Source: an uncultured delta proteobacterium (GTDB lineage: Bacteria; Desulfobacterota; Binatia; Binatales; Binataceae). Taken from it: 64,000 nt of DNA. The DNA lies in NCBI GenBank assembly GCA_963724765.1, contig CAVRVY010000001.1, positions 928,001-992,000 on the forward strand, in the 5' to 3' direction. Under the pieces are notes generated by a model. The model made no database searches and was not told the origin of the DNA. It saw only the letters and a program-made list of their open reading frames with translations. Both the position numbers and the translations under genes were made by a program. This document shows positions 31,744-42,209 of this stretch, piece after piece (position 1 is the first letter of the stretch; each line of letters begins with the position of its first letter).

Positions 31744-34484
31744 CCGACGTCATCCTCGAGCCGGTCGTTAGCGTCACTAACGTCAGCCAGCGTTACGGGG
31801 CTGCGATCGCCTTAGACGCGATCGACCTCAAGATTCCCGGCCAGAAAATGATCGGGCTGATCGGTCCCGACGGGGTTGGCAAGTCGACGCTGCTCGGCAT
31901 GATTGCCGGTGTCCGCAAGATCCAGCACGGCAGCGTGCGGGTTCTAGGCGGCGATATAGCTGACGCCAGCTTTCGCAATAAAGTGTCGTCCCGCATCGCC
32001 TATCTGCCGCAGGGACTCGGCAAGAACCTCTACCCAACCTTATCAATTTTCGAGAACGCCGACTTTTTTGGACGTCTGTTTGGTCAGTCGCGCGACGAGC
32101 GCGAATGGCGGATCAAGGACCTCTTCGACAGCACCGACCTGTCACCGTTTCGCGACCGTCCGGCCGGCAAGCTCTCGGGCGGCATGAAGCAGAAGCTCGG
32201 GCTGTGCTGCTCGCTTATCCACGACCCGGATTTGCTCATCCTCGACGAGCCCACTACTGGCGTCGATCCGTTGGCGCGGCGGCAATTCTGGGAACTTATC
32301 GATCGCGTTCGGGCGCGCCGCCCGGGGATGAGCGTTTTGGTGGCTACAGCATACATGGACGAGGCCGAGCGTTTTGATTGGCTCGTCGCGATGAATGCCG
32401 GGAAGGTGCTCGCCACTGGAACGCCGGACGAACTGAAGGGCAAGACTAACCAGCCGACGCTGGAAAAGGCCTTCATCCAGCTGCTGCCCGAAGAGTCCCG
32501 CCGCGGCCATAAGGAACCGGAGATCACGCCTTACAAACCAAGCGGCGGCGCCCCGGCAATCGAGGCCCAGGGGCTGACACAGCGCTTCGGTTCGTTCACC
32601 GCCGTTGATCACGTCAATTTCCGGATCGAGCGTGGTGAGATTTTCGGCTTCCTCGGCTCAAACGGCTGCGGCAAAACCACCACGATGAAGATGCTGACCG
32701 GATTGCTGCCACCGACCGAAGGTACGGCATTGCTGTTGGGTCAGCAGGTCAAGGGTGGCGACGTCGAGTCGCGGCGACGCGTCGGCTTCATGACGCAGGC
32801 GTTCTCGCTATATACGGAATTGACGGTGCGGCAGAATCTGCTGCTTCACGCGCGCCTTTTCGATATCCCGGAACCCTCTGCCACAGAGCGGGTAAACGAG
32901 CTGCTGGCACGTTTCGCACTCGAGTCCGAGGCCGACACTTTGGCCGAGAGTTTGCCCCTCGGTATCCGGCAACGGCTGTCGCTGGCAGTCGCGGTGATTC
33001 ACCAGCCGGAGATGCTGATCCTGGACGAGCCCACGTCCGGAGTTGATCCGGTCGCGCGCGATGGCTTCTGGGAATTGTTGATCAAGCTGTCGCGCGAGAA
33101 CGGCGTCACGATCTTTCTCTCGACGCACTTCATGAATGAGGCCGAACGCTGCGATCGGATGTCGATGATGCACGCGGGCAAAGTGTTGGCGCAGGGACCG
33201 CCGGCCCAATTGGTAGCTGAACGCAAGGCCAAGAACCTCGAAGATGCGTTTATTGGTTACCTCGAAGAAGCGGCCGAAAAGAGTGTCACTGGCACAGCGA
33301 CAGTCGAGCCCGCAGCGGAACCGACCGCTCTCACGAGTCATCACGACAAGACTCCCAGCCGCTTCAGCCTGGGCCGCATATGGGCGTTTGCGCGGCGTGA
33401 AGCGGTCGAGCTGCAGCACGACACCGTTCGGCTCTCATTCGCGATTTTTGGTCCGATTCTCCTGATGATCGTGTTTGGCTACGGCATCTCACTCGATATC
33501 GATCATCTGCCGTTTGCGGTGCTGGATTCAGATAATACGCCGGCCAGCCGCGATTATACCGATAGCTATAGCGGTTCGTACTACCTCACTGAGCATGCAC
33601 CATTGCGGAGTTACGGTGATTTGGACCGTCGTCTACGCAATGGCGAGTTGCGCCTTGCCATTGAGATTCCGCCCGCGTTCCAGCGCGACTTGCAGCGCAA
33701 CCGGCAGCCGGAGATAAACGTAATCCTCGACGCCGCAATACCGTTTCGGGCCGAGACGGCTCGCGGCTACGTCGAAAGCGTTCACGATCATTATCTTACG
33801 CAGCTGCGCAAAGCACGCGGGCTTCCACCGCTCCAGAAGCCTGTGCAGTTTGAGGCGCGGGCGCTGTTCAATCAGGCGTTCAAGAGCATCTATGCGCTGG
33901 TACCCGGCGATATCATGCTCCTCCTGATTCTCATTCCCAGCATGTTGACCGCGTTAAGCGTGGTGCGCGAGAAGGAGTTGGGCTCGATCGCTAACTTTTA
34001 TGCGGCTCCGGCCACCCGCCTCGAATTTCTTTTCGGCAAACAATTGCCCTACTTCGCGGTTGCGCTGATTCAGTTTAGTGCTCTGGTCGCACTCGCAGTT
34101 TTCATGTTCCAGGTTCCATTCAAGGGTAGTCTCGCGACCCTTGTGCTGGGTGGCATGATCTATGTCCTCGCTAGCACGGGCTTCGGCCTGCTGATTTCGG
34201 TGTTTGCGACTACGCAAACGGCGGCGATTTTCGCGGCCGCTATCATTACTATTCTTCCGGCCACGCAGTTTTCTGGGATGTTCGTGCCGGCTTCCTCGCT
34301 CACCGGTGGTGCCCGCATCGCAGCGCGAATTTTCCCCAGCACCTACTTTCAGGCGATCTGCGTCGGTACCTTTACCAAAGCGCTCGGCTTTGCGGCACTG
34401 TGGCGCGACATTGTGGCGCTCCTTATTCTCGCTCTTATCTACTTCACTACTTCAGTCGTGCTGTTGAAGAAGCAGGAAGCCTAG
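31740..34484 (+). CDS. rbbA: RbbA-like dual-ATPase ABC transporter/permease fusion
   Basis: GPDGVGKST, LPQGLGKNLYPTL, GSNGCGKTT, VVREKELGS. Confidence 0.9.
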   Translation: MTDVILEPVVSVTNVSQRYGAAIALDAIDLKIPGQKMIGLIGPDGVGKSTLLGMIAGVRKIQHGSVRVLGGDIADASFRNKVSSRIAYLPQGLGKNLYPTLSIFENADFFGRLFGQSRDEREWRIKDLFDSTDLSPFRDRPAGKLSGGMKQKLGLCCSLIHDPDLLILDEPTTGVDPLARRQFWELIDRVRARRPGMSVLVATAYMDEAERFDWLVAMNAGKVLATGTPDELKGKTNQPTLEKAFIQLLPEESRRGHKEPEITPYKPSGGAPAIEAQGLTQRFGSFTAVDHVNFRIERGEIFGFLGSNGCGKTTTMKMLTGLLPPTEGTALLLGQQVKGGDVESRRRVGFMTQAFSLYTELTVRQNLLLHARLFDIPEPSATERVNELLARFALESEADTLAESLPLGIRQRLSLAVAVIHQPEMLILDEPTSGVDPVARDGFWELLIKLSRENGVTIFLSTHFMNEAERCDRMSMMHAGKVLAQGPPAQLVAERKAKNLEDAFIGYLEEAAEKSVTGTATVEPAAEPTALTSHHDKTPSRFSLGRIWAFARREAVELQHDTVRLSFAIFGPILLMIVFGYGISLDIDHLPFAVLDSDNTPASRDYTDSYSGSYYLTEHAPLRSYGDLDRRLRNGELRLAIEIPPAFQRDLQRNRQPEINVILDAAIPFRAETARGYVESVHDHYLTQLRKARGLPPLQKPVQFEARALFNQAFKSIYALVPGDIMLLLILIPSMLTALSVVREKELGSIANFYAAPATRLEFLFGKQLPYFAVALIQFSALVALAVFMFQVPFKGSLATLVLGGMIYVLASTGFGLLISVFATTQTAAIFAAAIITILPATQFSGMFVPASSLTGGARIAARIFPSTYFQAICVGTFTKALGFAALWRDIVALLILALIYFTTSVVLLKKQEA

Positions 34485-34487
34485 GCG

Positions 34488-35615
34488 GTGCAGCACGTCA
34501 AACATATTATTCAGCTCGGCGTTAAAGAGCTGCTGAGCTTGTTCCGTGACCCGGTCTTGTTGCTGCTGATCGCCTATTCGTTCACGTTTTCGGTTTACAC
34601 GCCAGCGAAGAGCGCCGTGATGGATGTGGTCAATGCTTCGGTCGCGGTCGTCGATGAGGATCATTCGGCAGCGTCGCGACAGATACGCGACTCGCTGCTG
34701 CCACCTCAGTTTCTGCCCGCAGTGGAACTGCCTTTTAGTGAAATCAATCGGACCATGGATGAAGGTCTCTATACCTTCATCATCGATATACCATCAAAGT
34801 TTCAGGAGAATCTTACCAAGGGTGCCACCCCGACAGTCGAGATAATCACTGATGCGACCGCGATGAGCCAGGCGGGTCGCGGCCCGTCGTATATTCAGAA
34901 CATCATCAATAGGGAAGTTCAACCCTTCTGGGCCAATCGCTCCAAATCCTCTAACCGCGAGCTGGTCAAGCTGGTCACCCGAGCTCGCTTCAACCCGAAT
35001 ATGCAACAGGGTTGGTTCGTCGCGATCAACCAGATCATCAACAACATCTCAGTGCTGGCGATCTTTCTGACCGGCGCCGCCGTCCTGCGCGAACGCGAGC
35101 ATGGAACGATCGAACATCTCCTGGTAATGCCGCTGCGTCCCTACGAACTCATGTTTGCGAAGATTTGGGCCAATGGCCTGGTCGTCGTCGTAGCGGTGAT
35201 GCTGTCGCTATATCTGGTCGTTAAAGGCGCGCTTGGGGTGCCGATTGCCGGCTCGATAACGCTTTTTGTCGGCGGTCTGGTGGTCTATCTTTTCTCGGTC
35301 ACGGCCTTGGGCATCATGCTCGCGACGCTGGTCCGCTCGATGCCGCAGTTCGGCTTGCTTGCCTTCCCGGTGTTCATCATGATGAGCCTGCTGTCGGGCG
35401 GTCAGACCCCGCTCGAGAGCATGCCGGTACCGCTGCAGAAGTTTATGCAGTTTGTGCCATCGACGGCCTTCGTCAGCTTTTCCCAGGCCGTGCTCTTCAG
35501 AAACGCAACATCGAGTATGGTGTGGCCCGATCTGCTCAAGATGTTTCTGATCGGATCTGCATACGTTACCTACTCGCTCAGCAGATTCAGAAAAATGCTA
35601 GCGGCAATTCAATAG
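34488..35615 (+). CDS. yhhJ: ABC-2 permease YhhJ-like
   Basis: LGVKELLSL, REREHGTIEHLLVMP, RSMPQFGLL, TPLESMP. Confidence 0.85.
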   Translation: MQHVKHIIQLGVKELLSLFRDPVLLLLIAYSFTFSVYTPAKSAVMDVVNASVAVVDEDHSAASRQIRDSLLPPQFLPAVELPFSEINRTMDEGLYTFIIDIPSKFQENLTKGATPTVEIITDATAMSQAGRGPSYIQNIINREVQPFWANRSKSSNRELVKLVTRARFNPNMQQGWFVAINQIINNISVLAIFLTGAAVLREREHGTIEHLLVMPLRPYELMFAKIWANGLVVVVAVMLSLYLVVKGALGVPIAGSITLFVGGLVVYLFSVTALGIMLATLVRSMPQFGLLAFPVFIMMSLLSGGQTPLESMPVPLQKFMQFVPSTAFVSFSQAVLFRNATSSMVWPDLLKMFLIGSAYVTYSLSRFRKMLAAIQ

Positions 35616-35627
35616 AGGAACTGTCGG

Positions 35628-37118
35628 GTGAAAACGAGCGCTTCGACAATTTTCGTTCTAATCAGATTATCAGCCTTTTTGCTGGTGGTGTTCTGTATCG
35701 CGGGATGTTCACCCGCGGCCGAGCCGAAAGGTATCTGGGGCAAGCTTTGGGGGATTGAGGTCGGCCCGGATTACAAACGTCCCGAAGTGAGACCAGTCGA
35801 GGATTTCCGCTCGCAAATCGGACCGTCAGAAGCGACCTCCCTCGCCGATCTGGCTTGGTGGCAGGTTTTCAATGACAAGGCCCTGCAGAGTCTGATAGCC
35901 ACCGCCCTTGAACACAACTATGATCTCGAACTCGCTGCAGATCGTGTCGAGCAGGCGCACGCATTAGTTGGAGTCGCAGCGTCGCAATTATATCCACAGA
36001 TCGGTTACCAGGGCTTCGCCGGGCGCGAGAAGGCTTTCGTGCCACTGGAACAAGCAGGAGGAAACATAACGTTCAATGCTTTTGGAGGTTTGCTTAACCT
36101 CGTCTGGGAGGTCGATGTGTGGGGACGGATTCGGCGGTCCACGGAGGCCGCGCGCGCGAATCTCTTCGCTCAGGAGTATGTGCGCCGCGGCGTCATGCTG
36201 ACTCTGGCCAGCGATGTAGCCGCCAGCTATTTCAGCCTGCTGGAACTTGACCGCGAACTCGCGATCGCGCAAGAAAGTTCTCGCACCTACAAACAGACTC
36301 TCGATCTTTTCACTCAGCGCTATCAGTTCGGCAGGGACAGCAAGCTGCCCGTAGCTCGCGCTCAGGCCGCTTACGATTCCAGTCTCGCGAGTGTTGCAAG
36401 TCTGAAACGCGCCATCGTTCAGCAGGAGAACGCGATTAGCATTCTGTTGGGTGCATACCCTGAAGAGATTCCGCGAGGGGCTCAACTGACCGAGCAAGCG
36501 ACGCCGCGCACGCCGCTAGGGCTCACCAGCGAGGTTATACAGCGCCGTCCTGATATTTTGCAGGCCGAGCAAAACGTGATGGGCTCAAATGCTCAGGTTG
36601 GTGTCGCGGTGGCGGGTTTCTTTCCGCGTATCGGACTTTCTGCACTGTACGGCGCGCAGAGTCCGAATATGAATCACCTGTTGGACAACAGCTTCAGCAT
36701 CTGGAACATCGCTGGCGGTCTGGCAGGTCCGATCTTCCAGGGTGGACAGATACTCGAAACCTATTACGCGCAACAAGCCCTGTGGGAAGGAACCATCGCG
36801 CAGTACAAGCAGACGGTCATCGTGGCGTTCCGCGAAGTGTCCGACGCACTAATAGCACAGACGACCTTGGTTGAGCAGCGGCAGGCTTTGCAGCATCAGG
36901 TCGCCTCATTGCGGGAATCGGTGGAGCTGTCCTTACTTCGATATAATGCGGGACGGGCGAGCTACTTCGAAGTGCTCGAAGCGGAGCAGTTGCTATTTCC
37001 AGCAGAAGACGCACTCGCTCAGACTCAACGCGATCAGCTGCTCGTGGTCGTCAGTCTCTATAAAGCGCTCGGCGGTGGATGGAATTTGAGCGACACGCAA
37101 TGGACTCAGGCGGACTAA
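35628..37118 (+). CDS. NodT/OprM-family outer membrane factor
   Basis: VGPDYKRP, WEVDVWGRIRR, RRPDI, LYKALGGGW. Confidence 0.9.
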   Translation: MKTSASTIFVLIRLSAFLLVVFCIAGCSPAAEPKGIWGKLWGIEVGPDYKRPEVRPVEDFRSQIGPSEATSLADLAWWQVFNDKALQSLIATALEHNYDLELAADRVEQAHALVGVAASQLYPQIGYQGFAGREKAFVPLEQAGGNITFNAFGGLLNLVWEVDVWGRIRRSTEAARANLFAQEYVRRGVMLTLASDVAASYFSLLELDRELAIAQESSRTYKQTLDLFTQRYQFGRDSKLPVARAQAAYDSSLASVASLKRAIVQQENAISILLGAYPEEIPRGAQLTEQATPRTPLGLTSEVIQRRPDILQAEQNVMGSNAQVGVAVAGFFPRIGLSALYGAQSPNMNHLLDNSFSIWNIAGGLAGPIFQGGQILETYYAQQALWEGTIAQYKQTVIVAFREVSDALIAQTTLVEQRQALQHQVASLRESVELSLLRYNAGRASYFEVLEAEQLLFPAEDALAQTQRDQLLVVVSLYKALGGGWNLSDTQWTQAD

Positions 37119-37166
37119 TATCAGCTGTCGAAGGTTTCACGGTTGCGAAAGTAGAGGGCCATACCG

Positions 37167-38009
37167 TTGCGCAAAGAGCCAGCAGATAAAACAAAAGCAA
37201 AGCCCCGTTCGAGCCTCCCAGAAGGGAAAGCTGCAAAGCTCAAGAACAAGGAGTTCGAAAGCCAACTTGCGAACCTTCAAGCCGAACTGGTCAAGGTGCA
37301 GCTATGGGTGCAGCACAAGGGCTTGAAGATCATCGTCATCTTCGAAGGACGCGACGCCGCAGGCAAGGGCGGCGTCATCAAGCGGATCACCGAAAGAGTC
37401 AGCCCCAGAGTGTTCAGGGTTGTAGCGCTGCCGGCTCCGACCGAACGAGAGAAATCCCAAATGTACGTGCAGCGCTACCTCCCGCACCTTCCGGCAGCAG
37501 GCGAAGTGGTCATATTCGATCGCAGTTGGTACAACCGCGCAGGAGTGGAACGTGTGATGGGGTTCTGCACCGAACAAGAGGTTGTCCGGTTTCTCGAACT
37601 CGTTCCGAGTTGGGAACGCGCTATCGTCCAGTCGGGAATCATTCTCGTTAAGTATTGGTTCGAAGTGAGCCAGCAGGAACAGACCAGACGTTTTCTTTCG
37701 CGCATCGATGATGGTCGGAAAATCTGGAAGCTGAGCCCGATGGATCTCGAGTCTCACAAACGTTGGTACGATTATTCTCGGGCCAAGGACGAGATGCTCC
37801 TCGCAACCGATACTTCATTCGCGCCCTGGTATATCGTCAATGCCGATGACAAGCGGCGGGCGCGACTGAACTGCATTTCACATCTTTTAAGCGTCATTCC
37901 GTACGCGGAGATCGAGTGGGAAAAGGTTAAACTTCCCGAACGGCAGAAAGCGCATGGCTATGAAGAACCAAAAAACCGTCGCTATAACTTGGTGCCGGAA
38001 GTGTTCTGA
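37167..38009 (+). CDS. ppk2: Polyphosphate kinase 2
   Basis: FEGRDAAGKGG, FDRSWYNRAGVERVMGF, WKLSPMD. Confidence 0.93.
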   Translation: MRKEPADKTKAKPRSSLPEGKAAKLKNKEFESQLANLQAELVKVQLWVQHKGLKIIVIFEGRDAAGKGGVIKRITERVSPRVFRVVALPAPTEREKSQMYVQRYLPHLPAAGEVVIFDRSWYNRAGVERVMGFCTEQEVVRFLELVPSWERAIVQSGIILVKYWFEVSQQEQTRRFLSRIDDGRKIWKLSPMDLESHKRWYDYSRAKDEMLLATDTSFAPWYIVNADDKRRARLNCISHLLSVIPYAEIEWEKVKLPERQKAHGYEEPKNRRYNLVPEVF

Positions 38010-38124
38010 TGAAAAGCTTGCGAGCGCCGAAATTCGACCGAAATTACGTCTGCTGACACAGCGAGGAGCAATCATGATTTGACTTGGCCCGGGGACTTTC
38101 GAAGGCTTCCCGTCACTTAGATCG

Positions 38125-38785
38125 TGGGCGGCCACAAGCGCTGGTAGGCTCTCGACGAGCGGACACTGTTAGCGCTGGGCGAGGAATCGGGAAAGGTCGT
38201 CGAAGTAGTCTCGTCCGTCGGGGAGACGCTAGTCGAGGGGAGAGTCCTGCTGCGGGTCTTGGGCGGGCGACAACTGATCGAGGGAAAGGCCTGGAAGAAG
38301 GCGTTTGGGACGGGCGGCGAGCGCACGTTTGAGCAGGATCCAAAATACCTATCCGTCTACTGGTGGATATTGCGATCAGAGCGCTCTCTCCGGCGATAAA
38401 TGATCCCACCACGGCAGTTCAGGCCCTTGACCAAATCGAAGATCCGCTGTTGCGGATCGGCAGCCGGCGTCTGGAAATCGGTGTGGTTCGAGACCGCGAG
38501 GGGGCTCTCAGGGTGGTGATCTCGCACCCGACGTGGGAAGATTTTCTAACATTGGCATTCGATGAGATACGTTTCCGCGGCGCCACCAGCTTACAGGTGA
38601 TGCGTCGCATGAAAGCCTTGATCGGCGATCTGTTTTCTGCGCTGCCTTAGGAGCGCCGCGAATCACTGAGAGACCACCAAAAGCGGTTGGATTCGACCAT
38701 CGCGCGGTCCTTCTCCGACCCAGAAGAACAACAAGAGGCTGCGGTGGAAGACCGACAAGGGCTGGGCGTTCCGCGTAGTCATTAG
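38125..38785 (+). pseudogene. DUF2254-family membrane protein 3' remnant
   Basis: ERTFEQDPKY, DIAIRALSPAINDPTTAVQALD; 5' half missing, frameshifts, in-frame TAG at 38648-38650. Confidence 0.75.
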
Positions 38786-38874
38786 GCTGCCCGTCCTTCG
38801 CCGTCAGCGCCAGGTGGTCAACGGAAGCAGCGCATGATACGAACTCCGATCGCCAGACCACCAGAAACAATACC

Positions 38875-39528
38875 GTGACTACCTCGTCAAGGCCTTCTCC
38901 CCAGCAGACCGTTACGCCTCCGCGAGGGGCGGCCATCGCCGGCGTAATTTTCTCAGTCCTGTTGATCGTCGGTCTGGGACTTGCGCGCTACGCTGTCCCG
39001 GCTGATCCGAACTTGCCGGGCGTTTGGATGACCGACCCAGACCGCCGAAACGCGGTACGATTTGCACTGGACCTGGTTCCGTTTGCCGGGATCGCATTTC
39101 TGTGGTTCATCGGTGTCCTCCGCAACCGCTTGGGAGAGCTTGAAGATCAGTTCTTCGCGACCGTATTTCTCGCTAGCGGGTTGCTGTTTGTGGCTTGCAT
39201 GTTCGCTGCCGCGGCCGTTATGGGGGCGCTGATTGAGTCGGTGGCGGCCAGCAACATCGATAGCGCAACTTACTATTTCGGACGCCGCATATGCGACGCG
39301 TTGATTAACTTGTTCGCCATGAAGATGGCCGGCGTTTTCATGATCTCAGCCTGCACCATAGGGTTGCGTACTGCCGTTTTCCCGCGTTGGATAGCGTTCT
39401 CGGGCTATGCGTGTGCTCTAGTGCTGTTGGTAGTGATCGCCAATTGGCGATGGATCACACTAGTCTTCCCGATCTGGATGCTGCTGGTCAGCGCGCAGAT
39501 TTTGTTAACGGAGTTTGGCTCCCCGTGA
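38875..39528 (+). CDS. Multi-pass membrane protein
   Basis: PFAGIAFLWFIGVLR, EDQFFATVFL; 5-6 TM. Confidence 0.75.
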   Translation: MTTSSRPSPQQTVTPPRGAAIAGVIFSVLLIVGLGLARYAVPADPNLPGVWMTDPDRRNAVRFALDLVPFAGIAFLWFIGVLRNRLGELEDQFFATVFLASGLLFVACMFAAAAVMGALIESVAASNIDSATYYFGRRICDALINLFAMKMAGVFMISACTIGLRTAVFPRWIAFSGYACALVLLVVIANWRWITLVFPIWMLLVSAQILLTEFGSP

Positions 39529-39598
39529 AGCGAATGGAGCCGCTGTGGGATACCGTCAGCCGTAAGCACTAACCTGGGGATTAAAGGGATCTAAGCAA

Positions 39599-39994
39599 AT
39601 GGCCGAACAGCCTCCGAGGAGCGCCCCGGCGCTCGACACTTCGACCGAGCTCGCGTTCGAGCGCACGCGCAATTCGTACGAGAACACCATGATGTCGTGG
39701 ATCAGAACCGCGACTTCGCTAATCACGTTTGGCTTCAGCATCTATAAATTCTTTCAGATCGAAGCGCCAAGCGAGAAGCAACAGAATTACCTCATCGGAC
39801 CGCGTGAGTTCGCACTCGCGCTAGTCAGCATTGGACTCATCTCGCTGCTGCTGGCTACCCTTGAAAACCGCCAGAACATCCGAAGACTCGGAGCGCAACA
39901 CGCCGGTAAACAGCGCTCACTGTCCGTGCTGGTCGCTGCGTTGATCGCGATACTGGGGTTACTTGCACTACTCGCGATGATTTTTCGGGAATAG
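39599..39994 (+). CDS. DUF202/YidH-family membrane protein
   Basis: LAFERT...WIRTATSLITFGF. Confidence 0.85.
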   Translation: MAEQPPRSAPALDTSTELAFERTRNSYENTMMSWIRTATSLITFGFSIYKFFQIEAPSEKQQNYLIGPREFALALVSIGLISLLLATLENRQNIRRLGAQHAGKQRSLSVLVAALIAILGLLALLAMIFRE

Positions 39995-40122
39995 CTGTCC
40001 GAAAACGGCATGAAAACAAAGATGCCGCCACTCCAACTGCTCGGTCGCGACCTCGCCTTCGGCCACATCCGCAGCGTGCAAACTCGGCCTGAGGCGCAAC
40101 AAGAGATCAAGGAGGTCGTACG

Positions 40123-41241
40123 TTGAAGAGAGGTCTTTCGATACTGGCGGTAACACTGATCGGCGCTGCACTCGCCGCTCCCGCATATTCGCAAACCGGC
40201 AGTTCCCCGGTCGCCTCTGCGCAAGGCGAGACGCCCGAGCTTCGTGTGGCGGCAATCATTGCTCCGCCGAACGTTATGGAACGGAACGGCACCCTGACCG
40301 GATTCAGCATCGACCTTTGGAACGCGATTGCTGCTCGGCTGAAGGTAAAGACGAGCTATCAGATCGAGCCCGATGTAAGCCATTTGGAAGAAGCGTTGCG
40401 GTCCAAAAACGCCGACCTCAGCCTCAGCCTATTTATAACTTCGGCGCGTGACGAGGTTTTCGATTTTTCGATCCCAACATTGCAAGCAGGGCTGCAAGTT
40501 ATGGTGCGCGATACCGGCGAGACGGCGCAGACTACAAGCCCCTTATGGGACCTGCTCCGTCTGCTGTTTTCGCGAACGACCATAGTGTGGCTCGGCATCG
40601 CCCTGCTGCTCGTCCTGATTCCGGCCCATCTCGTCTGGCTGTTCGAACGGCGGCGCCCTGACGGAATCATTTCGAGCCCGAACTACTTTCCGGGAATCTT
40701 CGAGGCATTCTTTTGGGCGATTTCGACGCTGACGGGATCACCCGAGGGGATGCCGCATCAATTGGTGGCGCGCGCCTTCGCAATTTTCTGGATATTTGCC
40801 GGTGTGGTTTTCGTTGCTTTCTATACCGCCCAACTAACGACCACCTTGACGGTGGAGCAGATTCGCGGCGCTATCGAGGGGCCGGGTGATTTGCCTGGTA
40901 AGCAGGTCGCCACGCTAGCGGGCAGCACCGCGGTTGACTATCTCCGGGGTCAGAACGCACAGGTGGAGGAGTTCCCGACACCTGATCAAGTGTATAAGGC
41001 TCTGCTGGACAAGAAAGTGGATGCGGTGCTCTTGCCCGCGCCAATACTCCTCTACTATGCAGCTCATGAGGGAAAGGGACGGGTGAAGACGGTCGGTCCC
41101 GAATTTAATACTGCGCCAGCCGCCATCATGGTGCAGCTGGACAGCCCGCTGCGCAGAAAGATCAATCTTGCGTTGATCGCGCTTCGTGAGAACGGCACCT
41201 ATCAGCAGATCTACGACAAGTGGTTCGGCACCGCCCCTTAG
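40123..41241 (+). CDS. Family-3 binding domain interrupted by a 2-TM pore module (GluR0/iGluR-like topology)
   Basis: GFSIDLW, R..FDFS, TM-WLFER, FFWAISTLT pore helix, FYTAQLTTTLT, IYDKWF. Confidence 0.8.
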   Translation: MKRGLSILAVTLIGAALAAPAYSQTGSSPVASAQGETPELRVAAIIAPPNVMERNGTLTGFSIDLWNAIAARLKVKTSYQIEPDVSHLEEALRSKNADLSLSLFITSARDEVFDFSIPTLQAGLQVMVRDTGETAQTTSPLWDLLRLLFSRTTIVWLGIALLLVLIPAHLVWLFERRRPDGIISSPNYFPGIFEAFFWAISTLTGSPEGMPHQLVARAFAIFWIFAGVVFVAFYTAQLTTTLTVEQIRGAIEGPGDLPGKQVATLAGSTAVDYLRGQNAQVEEFPTPDQVYKALLDKKVDAVLLPAPILLYYAAHEGKGRVKTVGPEFNTAPAAIMVQLDSPLRRKINLALIALRENGTYQQIYDKWFGTAP

Positions 41242-42107
41242 GAAGCGCCAACTTGAGGTTGCTTCGTTTCCAATTCGGGCCCTCCGCCATTGTCTTGGGC
41301 TTGCTGCTGAGCACCGCTCTGGCGGTATCTGCACAAGCGCAACAAGCGCCGACGCCTGCGCAAGCGTCCACCAGCGTCATGACCGATCAGGAGCTGGCGA
41401 TAGCCGTTCATAACCCGTTTGAGGATTTTGTCAAAGTTCCGATTCAGTCCGCGACCGGATTTCAACTAGGTCCGCATCATAAAGTCGGCGAAAGCGTAAA
41501 TATCGAGCCGATAGTGCCGTTTTCGCTGAATGCGGATTGGGACCTGTTCGCACGGCCGAGCCTGACCGTCAGTTACGCTCCCACTCCGCATGAACAATCC
41601 GGGCTGGAAGACTTGGAAACTTCTTTTTTTCTCGCGCCGGCCAAGGCGAGCACCTGGATTTGGGGCTTAGGTCCGATCTTTGACTTCCCCACTGCCAGCA
41701 GCTCGGAATTGGGAACCGGCCGCTGGTCGGCCGGACCAACTGCGGTGCTCGCTTACTCAGAGGGTCCGTGGTCCAACTACATACTCGCATACCAACTAAT
41801 GTCGTTCGCTGGAAATCGCGAGCGCGGAAGCGTGAATCAGACCTACATCGAGCCACAAATCAGCTACAACTTCGAGAGCGGTTGGTTCGTCGACTGCGAT
41901 CCCGCCATTACCTACGACTGGACAGCCGAGACGGCCAACGCGTGGACTATTCCGATGGGCGCGGATATCGGCAAGGCGTTCAAGATGGGCTCTCAGGATT
42001 TGAGTCTGCAGGTTGGCGCGTACGACCTTCTGAAGCGTCCGGATGACGCACCGCAGTGGATACTCCGCGTGAGCGTAACGTTCCTGTTCCCCACAGGTAT
42101 TCAGTGA
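41220..42107 (+). CDS. Putative outer-membrane beta-barrel/transporter
   Basis: Signal peptide, NP, P.VPFSL, WGLGP, LGTGRWSAGP, terminal VTFLFP. Confidence 0.65.
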   Translation: MVRHRPLGSANLRLLRFQFGPSAIVLGLLLSTALAVSAQAQQAPTPAQASTSVMTDQELAIAVHNPFEDFVKVPIQSATGFQLGPHHKVGESVNIEPIVPFSLNADWDLFARPSLTVSYAPTPHEQSGLEDLETSFFLAPAKASTWIWGLGPIFDFPTASSSELGTGRWSAGPTAVLAYSEGPWSNYILAYQLMSFAGNRERGSVNQTYIEPQISYNFESGWFVDCDPAITYDWTAETANAWTIPMGADIGKAFKMGSQDLSLQVGAYDLLKRPDDAPQWILRVSVTFLFPTGIQ

Positions 42108-42209
42108 GAAGCGAAATGGATTGGACCACACGCGGGTGGAGGGACTTCGCCGGCGCGGCCTGACGAAAGAGAGCGAAGCTTTTGTGCGGCGGCCGACAGG
42201 CGAGCTCGG

